Shown one piece after another: positions 16,084 to 28,608 of a DNA stretch of 64,000 nucleotides. Each line of letters starts with the position of its first letter. The stretch's first letter is position 1. The DNA comes from Eledone cirrhosa (lineage: Eukaryota). The translations under genes and the position numbers were made by a program. The stretch is taken from positions 298,344,001-298,408,000 of the forward strand of contig OZ024741.1 of assembly GCA_964016885.1 (NCBI GenBank), in the 5' to 3' direction. The notes beneath the pieces were generated by a model. The model had not been told where the DNA came from, ran no database searches, and saw only the letters and a program-made list of their open reading frames with translations.

Positions 16084-17090
16084 GTAAAAATTCATTCAGC
16101 ATCTTGTTTTATAGAGTTTGTTTAATGGCTTACCTAGAGGAACATTTTGTAGGGCATCGGCAGACCTATCAACCTCTAAACACCCAAACGGGAGTACCAT
16201 GATAAAAAGTGCCCCCAAACGGGGAGAAATGAGGCAAAATTGGGAGATTTTACATAATGAAAGCTATACCCATTTTCACAAGAGAAGATATCTCTCACCC
16301 ACCTCAAAATGGGTGGGAAAGTTGACAGGTCTGCATCAGTGACTGGTAAATGAATGTGCCTCTTATCTTAAGACGAGAGACCTATTCAGAATGTTTGAAA
16401 TAGAGTCGATGATAAATCGGACAATGAACTATCTAATAGTTATTCTTATAACTACCAAAAATATCTTCTGATATACTATTCATTCACTTCAATATTTTGC
16501 GGCATGGAATGAAAATAACTAATTACATTGTGTGTGTATAAGAAGGTAAAAAAAAAAAAAAGCAGGCAAAATTCCTACTGCGGTTTGAAATATAATGACT
16601 AAATATATGTAATGATAATTATATATTTCACGGTAAACACTTACACTAAGGTAACGTGTCACCAGTTATTATATGAAATATCAAATGAAATAGAGGTTTT
16701 AGGCCAACTCTGAGGAGCCAATGAGAAATTAATTAGAATATATATATATATATAGGAAAAAGTTTAACCCCGACGGCAGAGATCAAGCCGTTTCGACGGC
16801 TATTTCTGGACTCCAGAAATAGCCATCGAGTAGAGTCATTAGGGCGACCGATAGAATGCTTTGTGGTATACGTTCCGGTACCCTACTTTGTCTTTTGGTC
16901 TTATGGGGTTGATGCACAAAGAATCAGCCTTATACTGGAGTGATTCTTGTTTTTTTTTTCTCACTTTCTTTGTTTCTTTCTCTCTGGAAGCAGTTGACTA
17001 AGGTGAAGCCTGGAAAAGGATGGGTTCCGCTAGGTTTCAATGCCCATGAAACAATGACTCTATCAGTAGTTGAGGGCACACACACACACG

Positions 17091-17124
<34 letters not shown>

Positions 17125-17125
17125 C

Positions 17126-17179
<54 letters not shown>

Positions 17180-17211
17180 GTATATATATATATACGTATA
17201 TATATATATAC

Positions 17212-17291
<80 letters not shown>

Positions 17292-17399
17292 ATGTACTCA
17301 TGTACTCAATACCGAAGTAGAGTTTTAATATTCATTTTATTAAGGATATAGTAAGACTTATTAGTGTGGAGTTTCGCTTTAATAATAATAATAATAATG

Positions 17400-17604
17400 A
17401 TTTCATTTATTAGCCACAAGGGCCGACATGTAGGAGACAATACAAACACAAGGACAGTGGGGGTTTACAATAAGTGCACAATGGCAAGACTAATTTAACA
17501 ATGAAGATATAAAAAATATAAAATAAATTATGCATAAATAAAACAAAATAAATTCCCCTATTGGGGTGGACGACTCAGGGGTGAATCAGGTACCCCACCA
17601 ATCC

Positions 17605-17608
<4 letters not shown>
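17400..17608 (-). mobile_element. Short 3' end of a Tx1-like LINE relative with (TTA)n tail
   Basis: The terminus tttattagccacaaggg matches the 3' end at 12270, tttattagccacagggg. Confidence 0.45.
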
Positions 17609-17699
<91 letters not shown>

Positions 17700-17840
17700 A
17701 CTAGAAATTGATTAACATATAAATAAACATGAATAATCACAGGAGATAATTTTTACAAGTGTGTAATCACACATAGCTAGGTAGGTAACTAAATAAAGTT
17801 GACCAGAACTTCAAAAATAGATACCTTATAATATGATTAA

Positions 17841-17935
17841 TCTTCCCTGTATATATTCCATTAAAGAAATATATTTCACCAATTAATCAAATGGTAAACC
17901 ACAGAAGCCGAGACTTGGATTTTCAACAAGGAAGA
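17841..17935 (-). ncRNA. Hammerhead, U3-A8 core (family C)
   Basis: Reverse complement of the motif at 18326-18420. Confidence 0.7.
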
Positions 17936-18325
17936 AGTTCCAGCGATCAGTGTTTACACTTCAAGTTCAAATCAGCGACTGGCCAGCAACACGTGCTGTA
18001 TCTACTAGAAATACACACATCATACTAGCTTCGTCCCTGTGGCGTGAATAGGGTTATCGACAACTAGAAACAGCAGTTGAGTCCTTTCAACAGAGTTAGC
18101 TCTACAATTAAGAAGCCGTATTTATATATCTATATCCAAAATTAAGATAAATCAAAATGAATTTAATCTAAATCAAAATTATGGGTGTCATGCCAGAGAG
18201 ACATGCGCCATATCACCCGCCACAGGACGAAGCTAGTATGATGTGTGTATTTCTAGTAGATACAGCACGTGTTGCTGGCCAGTCGCTGATTTGAACTTGA
18301 AGTGTAAACACTGATCGCTGGAACT

Positions 18326-18420
18326 TCTTCCTTGTTGAAAATCCAAGTCTCGGCTTCCGTGGTTTACCATTCGATTAATTGGTGAAATATATTTCTTTAA
18401 TGGAATATATACAGGGAAGA
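18326..18420 (+). ncRNA. Hammerhead, U3-A8 core (family C)
   Basis: tcttccttg TTGAAAA tccaa...ttggt GAAA tatatttc tttaat ggaatata TA cagggaaga, with a 9-bp stem I and a full hairpin stem III. Confidence 0.7.
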
Positions 18421-18971
18421 TTAATCATATTATAAGGTATCTATTTTTGAAGTTCTGGTCAACTTTATTTAGTTACCTACCTAGCTATGTGTGATTACAC
18501 ACTTGTAAAAATTATCTCCTGCGATTATTCATGTTTATTTATATGTTAATCAATTTCTAGTTATTATAAAATGCTCGGACCTACTCGTTAGAATCTTAGA
18601 GCTTATTTTGCGGGTGATATGGCGCATGTCTCTCTGGCATGACGCCCATAATTTTGATTTAGATTAAATTCATTTTGATTTATCTTAATTTTGGATATAG
18701 ATATATATATATATACATATGGTATCTCGTTGATAGGAAAGGTATTCAGCCAAAAATTCACTTGGCACACTCTGTAGAAGACGGGAACGTATATAAGCAT
18801 GATGCAGCTTCAAACCCGTCTGAGAGGTCCGTAGCTCTGTTTAAGAACCGGTTTCGTGTGTGACAATCTGTCCAACCCTTGCACCAAGGACTTTAAATGC
18901 TGCTGTTATGATGATGATGATGATAACATGTATCAAATTATTTGATCTAAAATATATATTTTCCGTTGCAG

Positions 18972-19044
18972 ACTCAGGGAATGGTTATACCACTAGAGGC
19001 ATACTTTGAAGTACATACTATCATACTACTATCGTACAGCAAAG
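18972..19044 (+). CDS. Host gene internal exon (exon c)
   Basis: Acceptor ttttccgttgcag and donor AAG/gtatat. It is 73 nt in phase 0-1 and reads TQGMVIPLEAYFEVHTIILLSYSK+G. Confidence 0.65.
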
Positions 19045-19169
19045 GTATATATCATTAATTCATATGATTTCAAAAATATCCCAGCTTGCGCACATACACA
19101 AACGAGTAAACAAGACAAACTATTTAATACACGAAATTTTACCCGACACTTGATTTGTGGAGATTCGTC

Positions 19170-19590
19170 ACGACGGCTGTAATGGGGCTTAAAGATTCAA
19201 CAGTAAAACGTAGGATAATCTTTCCGTTCTGCGGCGGTAAACCTCTCATCTGGGATGCCACATGCAGCGACACTTTCTCCATCGGCAACCTGGTGCAAAC
19301 TGTGACTAATCCAGACTCTGCTGCACTTCGGGCCGAGGAGGGTAAACTCTCTAAATATCGGTCGCTCTCCGACAGGTTGTAGGTCGAGCCCGTAGTAGTG
19401 GAAGCTTTTGGTCTCCTTGGCGGCCATAGGACCACCTGCCTACAGACCACCATTGGCACGGAGTTGGCTACCTGCAGGTGTGAACTTCGCGAGCTGGAAT
19501 GGCTCTACCAACGCGTCTCCCTCACCATCCTTCAGGGAAAAGCCTTCTCTATTCTGACCGCCAGGACAACGGGGTGCCAGCGCGTGGGCT
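19170..19590 (+). mobile_element. CRE-clade non-LTR retrotransposon RLE fragment
   Basis: FPFCGGKPLIWDATCSDTF...ELEWLYQRVSLTILQGKAFSIL, homologous to 21407-22200. Confidence 0.8.
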
Positions 19591-20455
19591 CCCATTTGCA
19601 TACAACAGTGAGAGATGGGGAGAGCGAGAGATACGGAGGTAGGGAGTGATAGAGATAGAACATCAACGCACATACACTTGGAAAAAGTTACAATTTAGAC
19701 ACAAGGCTTCAGGCCCCCACACCTTTACTGACTAGAGCACTTTAATGGCAAAGGTCAGTTGGTGGTTGGCTGAAACAGTCTGGTGAAAGAACCTACCCAC
19801 TACCTACCTATATATATAATACATACGTACATACATTATTGTTGCATGATGATCCCATTACCATATTTTTTATAAAAAAACATTGCCTATGATATTTTAT
19901 TTGATGAGGCTAGTAATATAACTAGCTTTATAATTATTAATCTGGGGTTTGGAACATGACTTAACAAAGGTTCTTGCATGAAATTATAATATAGAAGGGT
20001 CTTAGGTTGATATAAACACTTTAAAGTAAACAGCTGTGTATCATAAAACCAGGGGCGGGTCAGGTGGTTTGATATCTAAAGGTTTAAACTTTCCCAATGA
20101 TAACAATCTCATATGAGGCATGATTGGGTTATAGCAATATGCCCTTGAACGACACATAAGTGACTCTCTGAGAAGCCTTAGTTAAGTATCGATTGGAAAG
20201 CTGATTGAAATCTATTTCAACCACACATTTTATACAGTTTTATTGTGCGGCTGGGCACAAACCTAACCTAAGTATTTTGATATATATGCATTTGAAAGGA
20301 TATATATATATATATACATATATGCAAAAGTTTTATTTAAATTGTTGGGATACAACAAGCAAATATTTTTATAACTGATATAAAGCACTCGACAAATATT
20401 TGGAGTAGATATACGATATTAATAAATGGAAACTATATTTATAAAACCATATTTA

Positions 20456-20516
20456 TTTCATTATATATATTTCAAGGATACCAAGTTACATTATGGTATG
20501 CCTTCATCAGACAAAA
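20456..20516 (-). ncRNA. Type I hammerhead (family D, left arm)
   Basis: Reverse complement of 20645-20705. Confidence 0.75.
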
Positions 20517-20644
20517 TACAATATATAACAGTTTTATAAATAGACATTGACGTACCCCTTTTAAAAATTGACCGTTGTTTTTGAGGCCATCAGGATAGTA
20601 AAGGGGTACGTCAATGCCTATTTATAAAACTGTTATATATTGTA

Positions 20645-20705
20645 TTTTGTCTGATGAAGGCATACCATAATGTAACTTGGTATCCTTGAAATATATATAA
20701 TGAAA
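20645..20705 (+). ncRNA. Type I hammerhead (family D, right arm)
   Basis: ttttgt CTGATGA aggcatacca taatgtaact tggtatcctt GAAA tatata TA atgaaa. Confidence 0.78.
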
Positions 20706-20904
20706 TAAATATGGTTTTATAAATATGGTTTCTATTTATTAATATCGTATATATACATATATATATATATATAGTTGTTTACCGAAACCTCAGTATGCAG
20801 GTTGGAGCACTCAACAAATGTGCTCATGTTGGTTTGTTTACTCGGAGTAATGTAAAAATAAGAAGTGTAAGTCAGAGTAAAATTGGCTTCGTTTATTCAC
20901 ATTC

Positions 20905-20963
20905 ACTGCTATATATATTTCAGTGATAGCCATTAATCAACAGCTATGACCTCATCATGCAGT
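20905..20963 (-). ncRNA. Hammerhead family A copy with C3A core mutation (probably inactive)
   Basis: actgc ATGATGA ggtcatagc...gctatcact GAAA tatata TA gcagt. Stem II shows a C-G to T-A covariation relative to 2392-2446. Confidence 0.7.
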
Positions 20964-21406
20964 AAAAATTTAAACAGAAAAAAACAGGAAAACATGATGT
21001 TGTAACGGATTTTACCGTGTTAATCCATTGATATGCCCAGCTCCTGGGTGTGTTGTTAGTCCTCTAAGAAACTGGAAGCATATGTTTAAGAATGATCGAA
21101 TTTCAGCGTCCAAAGGATATGCCCCCATCTCATTAGTTAGATATCATACCTTCCCCAGCCGAAAGTCTACTGAAATTCTTCAGAAACAGGCCAGCCTGTT
21201 ATTATTGCTTTTAACAGCATGTTCTAGTCCGGTTGACCTACTTCACTGTAGTCGTAGTAGTAGTGGTGGAAGCAGGCCAGTTAGCTGATCAACTACAATG
21301 CCCTGTAGTGTTGTCAAGAAGAATTTATGTATCTAGACTGATAGAGTTCAGTGCTTCTCTCTACCACTAGGTCTTTTCATTAGATAAAAACCATTAATCT
21401 GGATAC

Positions 21407-22200
21407 CTAAATATGGAATGTTACGCGATGGGGCCCCCTCACAGCCCCGGCGGACAGGATGGAGAAAGCATTCTCACGGAGGACGGCAAGGGAGACGCGC
21501 TGGAAAAGCCACTCCAACTCGCGGGGTTCACACCCGCGGCTGGCCAGCTCAGCGCCTACGGTGGTGAGTAGGGAGGTAGCCCTAGGGCCGAGGATACCAG
21601 AAGTCTCCACTGCCAGCGGTACAACCGCAAACCTGTCTGAGAGCGACCGGTATTTGAGGAGCCTGGCCTCCTCAGCCCGACGTGCAGCAGAACCTGGGTC
21701 AGTCGCAGACTGCACCAGGTTGCAGCTGCAGAAAGTGTCGGTGCAAGTAGCATCCCAGACGAGGGGTTTGCCACCGCGGAACGGGAAGATGGTCATGCTA
21801 TCTGGCCTTTTGCCGTCCCCTCGGTCCAGCCCCACCGACTCGAGCTGGGAAGGGAAGCCCACAGCGTCCAAGCCATGCTTTATGGCCTTGTTGAGGGCAG
21901 CATGGCATGGAAGGCGGCCGGCACTGTGGCGACAGGAAAGCGTGTGGAGGCCGAAAGAGTCCACGGTGGATCCGCAACGACATTGGTGTGGCTGGCAGAT
22001 CCCGAGGCCGAGCCTCAAGGAAACGACGATGCGCAGGCTATTGTTGTCCAGCTGCGTGCCAGTGGAGAAGGAGGGCAGGGCATGGAACCAGGCACCACTG
22101 TAGGGTTTGGAGGCCGCACGAAAGCAGACAAGGCGGTTCTGGTTAAGCTGGTGCGTGAGCCTCTCTGAGGCCAGGCTGCACTGGATGGCATCCCAAATAC
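21407..22200 (-). mobile_element. CRE-clade non-LTR retrotransposon C-terminus (Zn knuckle plus restriction-like endonuclease)
   Basis: GAWFHALP...LRLG..C.C...H.LSC...GR..H..LN...DGKRPD...WDATCTDT...PLAVETSGILG...FQRVSLAVLRENA. Confidence 0.85.
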
Positions 22201-22864
22201 TTGGGTGGGGTGGGGGGTGGGGGGGGGGGGTACTTGCCGTCAACAGGGGGAGAAGGAGGAGGGACGTCTACTGGGTTAAGTCCCAGCCGGTCCCACGTCT
22301 CACAGAGGGTTCTATTGTGTTTTGAAGAACCGTGCTGATCTGTGTGTTAACATCTAGGAGTATAAAGAATTACATTGCGTGTACACACGTATAAGAACAA
22401 GTCTAAGTGCATACACAAATCCACATCTACACATTCACACACATCCGTAAACATACATGCACGCACACACACAATTACATATACGCACATACATGTCCGT
22501 GTGTGCGGACACAGACTCAAAGGTCCCCTCATGAGTGGGGAGAGAAGTAATGGGTGGGTCCTATTTACTTGTAGTAGTTAGCACTGACTCTTGCGTGCGA
22601 AAGGGGTCAGGTTTGAGGTAGCATATCTTTCGGATAATCGGATTACAAGCCGGGGTTGGGTGGTTAGGCCCGGTCGTCGGAAATATGGGGTGCCTGCTGG
22701 AAGACAGGGTGCGACTCCGCCGACGTACGTTGCTTCGCTAATTATCTAGTGTCTGCTAACTTGGGTTCGAGTTATGGAAGTGAGGGAGAAGGGTGGACCA
22801 CAGCGGTGTGAGGCACTGTTCTAGCTGCTAGGTAAGTGTAGTGTTATAATTGCTATTCTATACG

Positions 22865-22905
<41 letters not shown>

Positions 22906-23134
22906 GATGGACTCTCCCGTCGATATCCGACGGATGAGGGTCCAACAAAAGTTGAAATGTGAGAAAGTGAACTGATGCCGAACTACCCACACAAAGATTT
23001 GTTTTAAGTGGTGAAGGCTTGTGTAGGACCAACCACACTTTTTGGAACTGACGACACATATTTTCGGTGCAAATGTTTGCCACAGAAAATACAACGACAG
23101 CCCTCAGCTTTTTATGTCTCGGAGTTTAACCTCT

Positions 23135-23211
<77 letters not shown>

Positions 23212-23214
<3 letters not shown>

Positions 23215-23350
23215 GAGGCCGTTGAGTTCCTCCGCCTTTGCCAAATATCACCTTCCTCACCAAGCAGCCTTGGTGGGGTTGCCGGTTTAGTCGCTGACGA
23301 CTCGACCATGTGACAGGTTGTACTGGGTTACATGTTACCAGTATCACTTG
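23212..23350 (-). mobile_element. Internally deleted copy of the RTE-leader-like repeat
   Basis: Matches about 1000-1148. Confidence 0.55.
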
Positions 23351-25473
23351 AGAACGACATATAAGTATACATGTACACATATGCATACACACAAGCATCT
23401 GCATCTTCAACTGCAGTCACTGTATACAGTTCTGGATATACTATGTCTGTAAGACGGCAGGATTGTAAAAGTTGGAATGCTTTTGATGTTAGGCGAACTC
23501 CTATTTGGTACTGGTTAGTTCTCTATCACCAAGAGCTGTGTCTGATATGGTATTGTCGAGGAAACTACCTGACACTCTCTCAAATCGTTACCAACATAAC
23601 TTCGGGCAACATTCAACTAGGTTTGAAAACAGCACGAGATCATAGTCTTGTTCGAAGTTTTCATTTAGCAGAAGACGATACCACAGGCATCATTCGCTAT
23701 CTAAAGCACGTACACTCACACACGTGCGCGCGCACATACGCACACACATACGTATACACACACTCTCCTAAACACCCCGACTCACACACATACATAATCA
23801 CATTCATACTTTCCCTTACACACATACTTTCATTCACATACGCACTTTCACACACACACACATGCCCCCTTTCATTCATACAAACGTAAACATACGCACA
23901 CACACAACCAAACACTGGAGCTCACACACACTGACTCACGCTTACAAACACTTATACACATACACACTCAAACTCTTGTACTCGCACATACATGCATGTT
24001 CATACATAAGTATTCACGCATATATGCATATTCATATATAAGAACTCACACACATACATTCTAATACTTAAAGACACACACACATACATGCATTCTCATG
24101 CATAAAGGCACACACACATATATACTCAAACACACCTGCACATTTATATTCACGCCCCAAATAAAATAGAAAAAAGAATGGGACAATTGGAAAATTCTTA
24201 ATTTCTTTTGTGGGGAAAAAGTTTATTTCAGTTGAAAGCAAATTAATTTATATTAAAAAAATATCTCATAATTGTTCATAGTCAAAATTGCTTTTAGGAT
24301 TCTTCTTTTTTTTGGCAGAATCCATTTTAATTATTCATTCACTAAATACTTTTAATAATTCGTTTTCGAATATCTTTCTTACTTATTCATGAATTGCTGC
24401 GGATAAAAATTATTTTCAGTTAAAAAAACGAAACAAAACAAAACAAAAAATAGAATTAAGTTGTCACAGAATCATATGTACGCACACAGAACACACATGA
24501 CACACACATTCACCCGTTCACATATGCACACATGCGCATACTCATACCCCTCCCCGACTCGCACATACACAAGTGCACACGCATACTAATTAAGAACAGT
24601 TTATGAAGTTATTGCTGCGGATGGCAGAACCGATAGAGTACCGAGTTTCATAAGCTGAGAATCAGAAAAGTAGTTGTTTAGTTGTTACAGCTCACATCTG
24701 CATATGTTTCGCCAGTCTTCTATGAAGTTATATCTCACAGGGTATTTCTAGGATGTTTTGTTGATAGGAGCATTTGTTGATTCTTAAAGGGGCATGTTAG
24801 TATTGCTTATGTGCCTTTCCCGGACCCTATCACATAAGTAACATTTTACGCTAATTAAATTTTATGTATTCAAATAAAGTTCAGATATAAAGAAATAAGC
24901 TTAAAACGAAATTCTTATATCAAATAAACAAAAAATGAAACATAGACGTTTGAAAAAGTGAGGACGGGACTTGTGCCCTGGTACCCCCTGAAACAAGGCC
25001 CTTGGATAGGGGTCCCCGGTCTTATCATGTCACGTTTTTCCGGTGACAAGAGGAGTGGCATTTGAACTACAGAAAAGATCTGCAAAGCTTCCTATCCAAT
25101 AATCTTATAATCATACCAATCAGGTACTATAATTTATAGATCCCCAAAAAGAAAGAAATGTAAAGTTGATTTCTGTGGTGTTTGAATTCATTTTGCAGAA
25201 AACCGGAATCATTACAGCAAGGCAGATAATTCATCGTTCTAACAATTCAGCTAGTTCGCCTCATTAGTCATATATTAGGGAGCGATTACTCGATATATGC
25301 GTCCCTGAACTCTCAAACCTGTAGTTTCCTGATAATATTTGATAATTAATCAATTAGATAATTAGAGGTTTGAATGTTTCATAGAAGTTATTGTTAATAC
25401 AATTATTATTTTTTGAACTAATTAACCTTATCTTTAGAGATTAAACATGTCTTTAATGTTTTACATTCACAAG

Positions 25474-25688
25474 AGCGGTGGATTGGCAGTATCGGTAGAA
25501 CGTCGGACAACATGCTTTATGGCATAGAGTTACGCCCCTTTGCGATCTGACTTCAAATCTCGCCGAGGGTAGCTTTTCCTTTCATCCTTACAGGGTCGAT
25601 AGAATAAAGTACCGGTAATGCACTGGGTTGATTTAATCGACTTTCACCTCACCCAAAATTGTTGGCCTTGTGCCTAAATCAGAAACCA
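25474..25688 (+). mobile_element. tRNA-derived SINE (Nin-like domain)
   Basis: A-box-like tggcagtatcgg, B-box-like ttcaaatc, the shared central domain, and tail ggccttgtgcctaaa. Confidence 0.85.
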
Positions 25689-25887
25689 ATATTTACATCC
25701 ACACGACATTTCAATTAGATTGATCTCCGACCGTCACCAAGTATCATATTCTTACATGTATAGGCAAAAGTAAAAGACCCTTAACTCCTGATGGAGTCTT
25801 GGATACTTTTAAACAAGGCAGAACCCACCCCGTTTCAGGTTGAATCACAGTAGAACTGTTTCATTTGTATAATGTTTTATGTATGTA

Positions 25888-26404
25888 TCGTATTTTCCGG
25901 TGTCGAAGACGTTATTTTTTCCTAAAATAAATCTCGAAAATCTACCATGTGTCTTGGAGTCCGAAGGTTGAATTTCTCATAGGCATATCCTAACTCCAGA
26001 TGAAAATTATCTGTGCTAGACAGTAATCTGAACTCCTGTATATGGCCTCTCAATGAAGTGTATAAATTATACTTAGTTACACTAGTAAATAAATAAAAGT
26101 ATCATAAAAAAATTTAAAAAACATACGCAGACGCAAAAATCCATTCCCATATGAGCAGAGTAGGGTAGACGAGGCAACTGACGAGTGATATTTTTACATG
26201 CTGTGTATTTTCATTCTCTTCAAACTGATTTTAAGTGAACATAATTAGGTGACAAAAGAAGTAAAACTGCAGTACGATAAGAGAGTTTACCAGCAAATAT
26301 TAATAAAAATAGATTTATTTTTAAGTTTATTATTGTTTTCAAATTTTTGGTTGTCACAATTGGGGTGCGTCCACGAAGGCGCGTCTTTGACGACGCGAAA
26401 TGCG

Positions 26405-26405
<1 letters not shown>
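25888..26405. mobile_element. Tc1/mariner (pogo/Tc2-like) MITE
   Basis: Imperfect TIRs tcgtattttccggtgtcgaagacg and cgtctttgacgacgcgaaatgcgg, flanked by TA on both sides. Confidence 0.65.
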
Positions 26406-26465
<60 letters not shown>

Positions 26466-26519
26466 AATATATTGAAAATAAATATATACATTTATTTGAA
26501 CTTGTTAACTTTATTTCAG

Positions 26520-26602
26520 GTGCGATGGCCGGTTTAGGTATAGCCATGACAATTGTTGGTTTCTTGCTGAGTGTACTGATTGTTGTGAAGTTTATGAAAT
26601 AA
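26520..26602 (+). CDS. Host gene terminal exon encoding a transmembrane helix
   Basis: Acceptor ctttatttcag in phase 1 joins exon c to give GAMAGLGIAMTIVGFLLSVLIVVKFMK-stop. AATAAA lies at 26785-26790. Confidence 0.8.
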
Positions 26603-26840
26603 AGAGCACAAAAAAAAAACAAGACAAAGAAAAACCGAAGCACATTTACAAAATGAATGTTCAGTTTATAGGTGTATGATGTAAATAATGAAATACTCAA
26701 TTTTCAAGTAGCAAAGTGTTTAAAACATTTGAAATTTCGAAGGTATTAAAAAGTTTAAATGAAAATATCGAAATGTTATATTGAAATAAATATACTTTAC
26801 ATAATATTAGTTGCATTTTTGTTCTGTTTTATTCTTGCAT

Positions 26841-26995
26841 GGGGCGGCGAATTGGCAGAGTCGTTAGAATGTCGGATAGAATGCTTTGTGGTATTCGTTC
26901 TGGCTTTCTGCTCTCTGAGTTCAAACGCCGCCAAAGTCTACTTTGTTTTTCATCCATTCAAAATCGATAAAAAAGTACCAGTTTAGTACTGGGTA
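26841..26995 (+). mobile_element. tRNA-derived SINE (Nin-like domain), diverged
   Basis: Same head and central domain as 25474-25688. Confidence 0.75.
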
Positions 26996-27237
26996 GATTC
27001 TTCCTCTATATCTCTTTCTCACTTCTATTCCCTCACTCTCTTTATCCTTCTCTGGAAGAAATCTGCTGTATTCAAACCTGGAGAGGAGATGGACTCCACC
27101 AGGTTTAAAACATGTTCTAGAAACGCCGTATATCAATATGGTGCCGCTACGACACCCTCGGGTGCATTTTTGCATGCTGGAAGATATTTAACAACATTTT
27201 CAATATCAACTTGCCAGTGTTCAAATTTAAATTTCAT

Positions 27238-27296
27238 TAGTTCAGTGTTGGGGAATCGTAACTAATTTTTAGCTACGATTCCCCAACACTGAACTA
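27238..27296. repeat. Near-perfect 59-nt hairpin
   Basis: tagttcagtgttggggaatcgta-acta-att-tt-tagc-tacgattccccaacactgaacta. Confidence 0.85.
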
Positions 27297-27636
27297 TTGA
27301 GGCCGATACCGCTTATATCCACACGATGGGTCATCATTCCATTGATACCTATAGGAAGTGATTCAAGTTGTTATACTAACTCACTTCTTATAGCAAAATC
27401 CAACGCCAGATTCCCTTTTTGCATCAGGCGATTTACCGATCCAGTAAAAGTTTGATTAAGTTCAAAGTTAGTTATTTCAGTAAATCTTACACAATTGTTG
27501 ATAATTAAAGCCCAAAGATAGTATATTCTTGTTAAAAAAAACAAAACAACAACTAAATTTCTCCCTTTGCTGGTTTCTCTGTTTGATGTTACCCTGACTT
27601 TACACACACACAGAGACACAGACACACACAGAAACT

Positions 27637-27703
<67 letters not shown>

Positions 27704-27780
27704 CCATGTCCGTGCTGCTCATGTTTAAGTATCAAGTAATAGCATTACTCGAAATCGAGTTGCAGCTATCACATATGTTC

Positions 27781-27824
<44 letters not shown>

Positions 27825-28125
27825 AGTAGTTCCACAACAGTTAATTCACCATTTACGAATGTCCGAGTGACTGCAAAAACTCAGAAGATAATAGATTATT
27901 AATGCTATTCTGCCTGGTGGTTATGTCCGGTAGTCATTCTAAGGCTGTAAAATTACGTAATAGATGTTTCGAAACGTGCGGACAACGTGAGTAGAACTCA
28001 GATCTCTTATTAACACAAGTGCTACAACGCAATCTCCGCAGGATATTGATTCTTTCTTCAAAATAAAATCGAGATGGAGGGTTTGTGTTTCTGTTGCAAA
28101 CCACAACAGAAACACAACCCCCCAT

Positions 28126-28161
28126 CTTTTGAAGAGCATAAGAACTGTGAAACCGGTAAAG
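28126..28161 (+). ncRNA. Minimal hammerhead family H, U3.G8 core
   Basis: ctt TTGAAGA gca taagaac tgt GAAA ccgg TA aag. Flanks are homologous to 3590-3720 in the opposite orientation. Confidence 0.6.
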
Positions 28162-28215
28162 TAAATAAATAAATATTCTTAAAAGACTCCAGTTGCATCT
28201 TCAATTTCTTTTCCT

Positions 28216-28399
<184 letters not shown>

Positions 28400-28453
28400 T
28401 AAAAAAATAATGAATAAAACAATGAAACAGTTCCTTATATTAAACAAAAAAAG

Positions 28454-28608
28454 TTCATTATTTAACGATCGTTTCTAGGATATATATGTGTTAGAATTGG
28501 CATGCATATTCAACAGATCTATGTACAAAATTATACAAAATTATACAAACTATCAAAATTAAATATACATACCAAACACATATATATGCCGTCTTCAGAA
28601 ATAATGAA
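28454..28608 (-). ncRNA. Hammerhead family B in the inverted pLTR
   Basis: Reverse complement of 35397-35551. Confidence 0.8.

Larger units (their letters stand above)
17695..18705. mobile_element. Fold-back copy of non-coding hammerhead unit family C
   Basis: 17695-18045 is inverted at 18218-18568, and about 18120-18220 is inverted at about 18610-18705. It is the same unit as the tandem at 41892-42589 and is flanked by (AT)n. Confidence 0.9.
20409..20752. repeat. Fold-back inverted repeat (153-bp arms, 38-nt spacer), hammerhead family D
   Basis: 20409-20561 pairs with 20600-20752 with few mismatches. Confidence 0.92.

Noticed and set aside
25474-25565. tRNA gene candidates (also 38277, 59280 and 12140-12216)
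   Set aside because: They have A/B boxes but no full cloverleaf, and they continue into SINE bodies.
27700-27780. Short repeat (inverted homologue at about 37428-37505) with GAAA and a gctgc/gcagc stem
   Set aside because: It is a real dispersed repeat but has no YUGANRA core.
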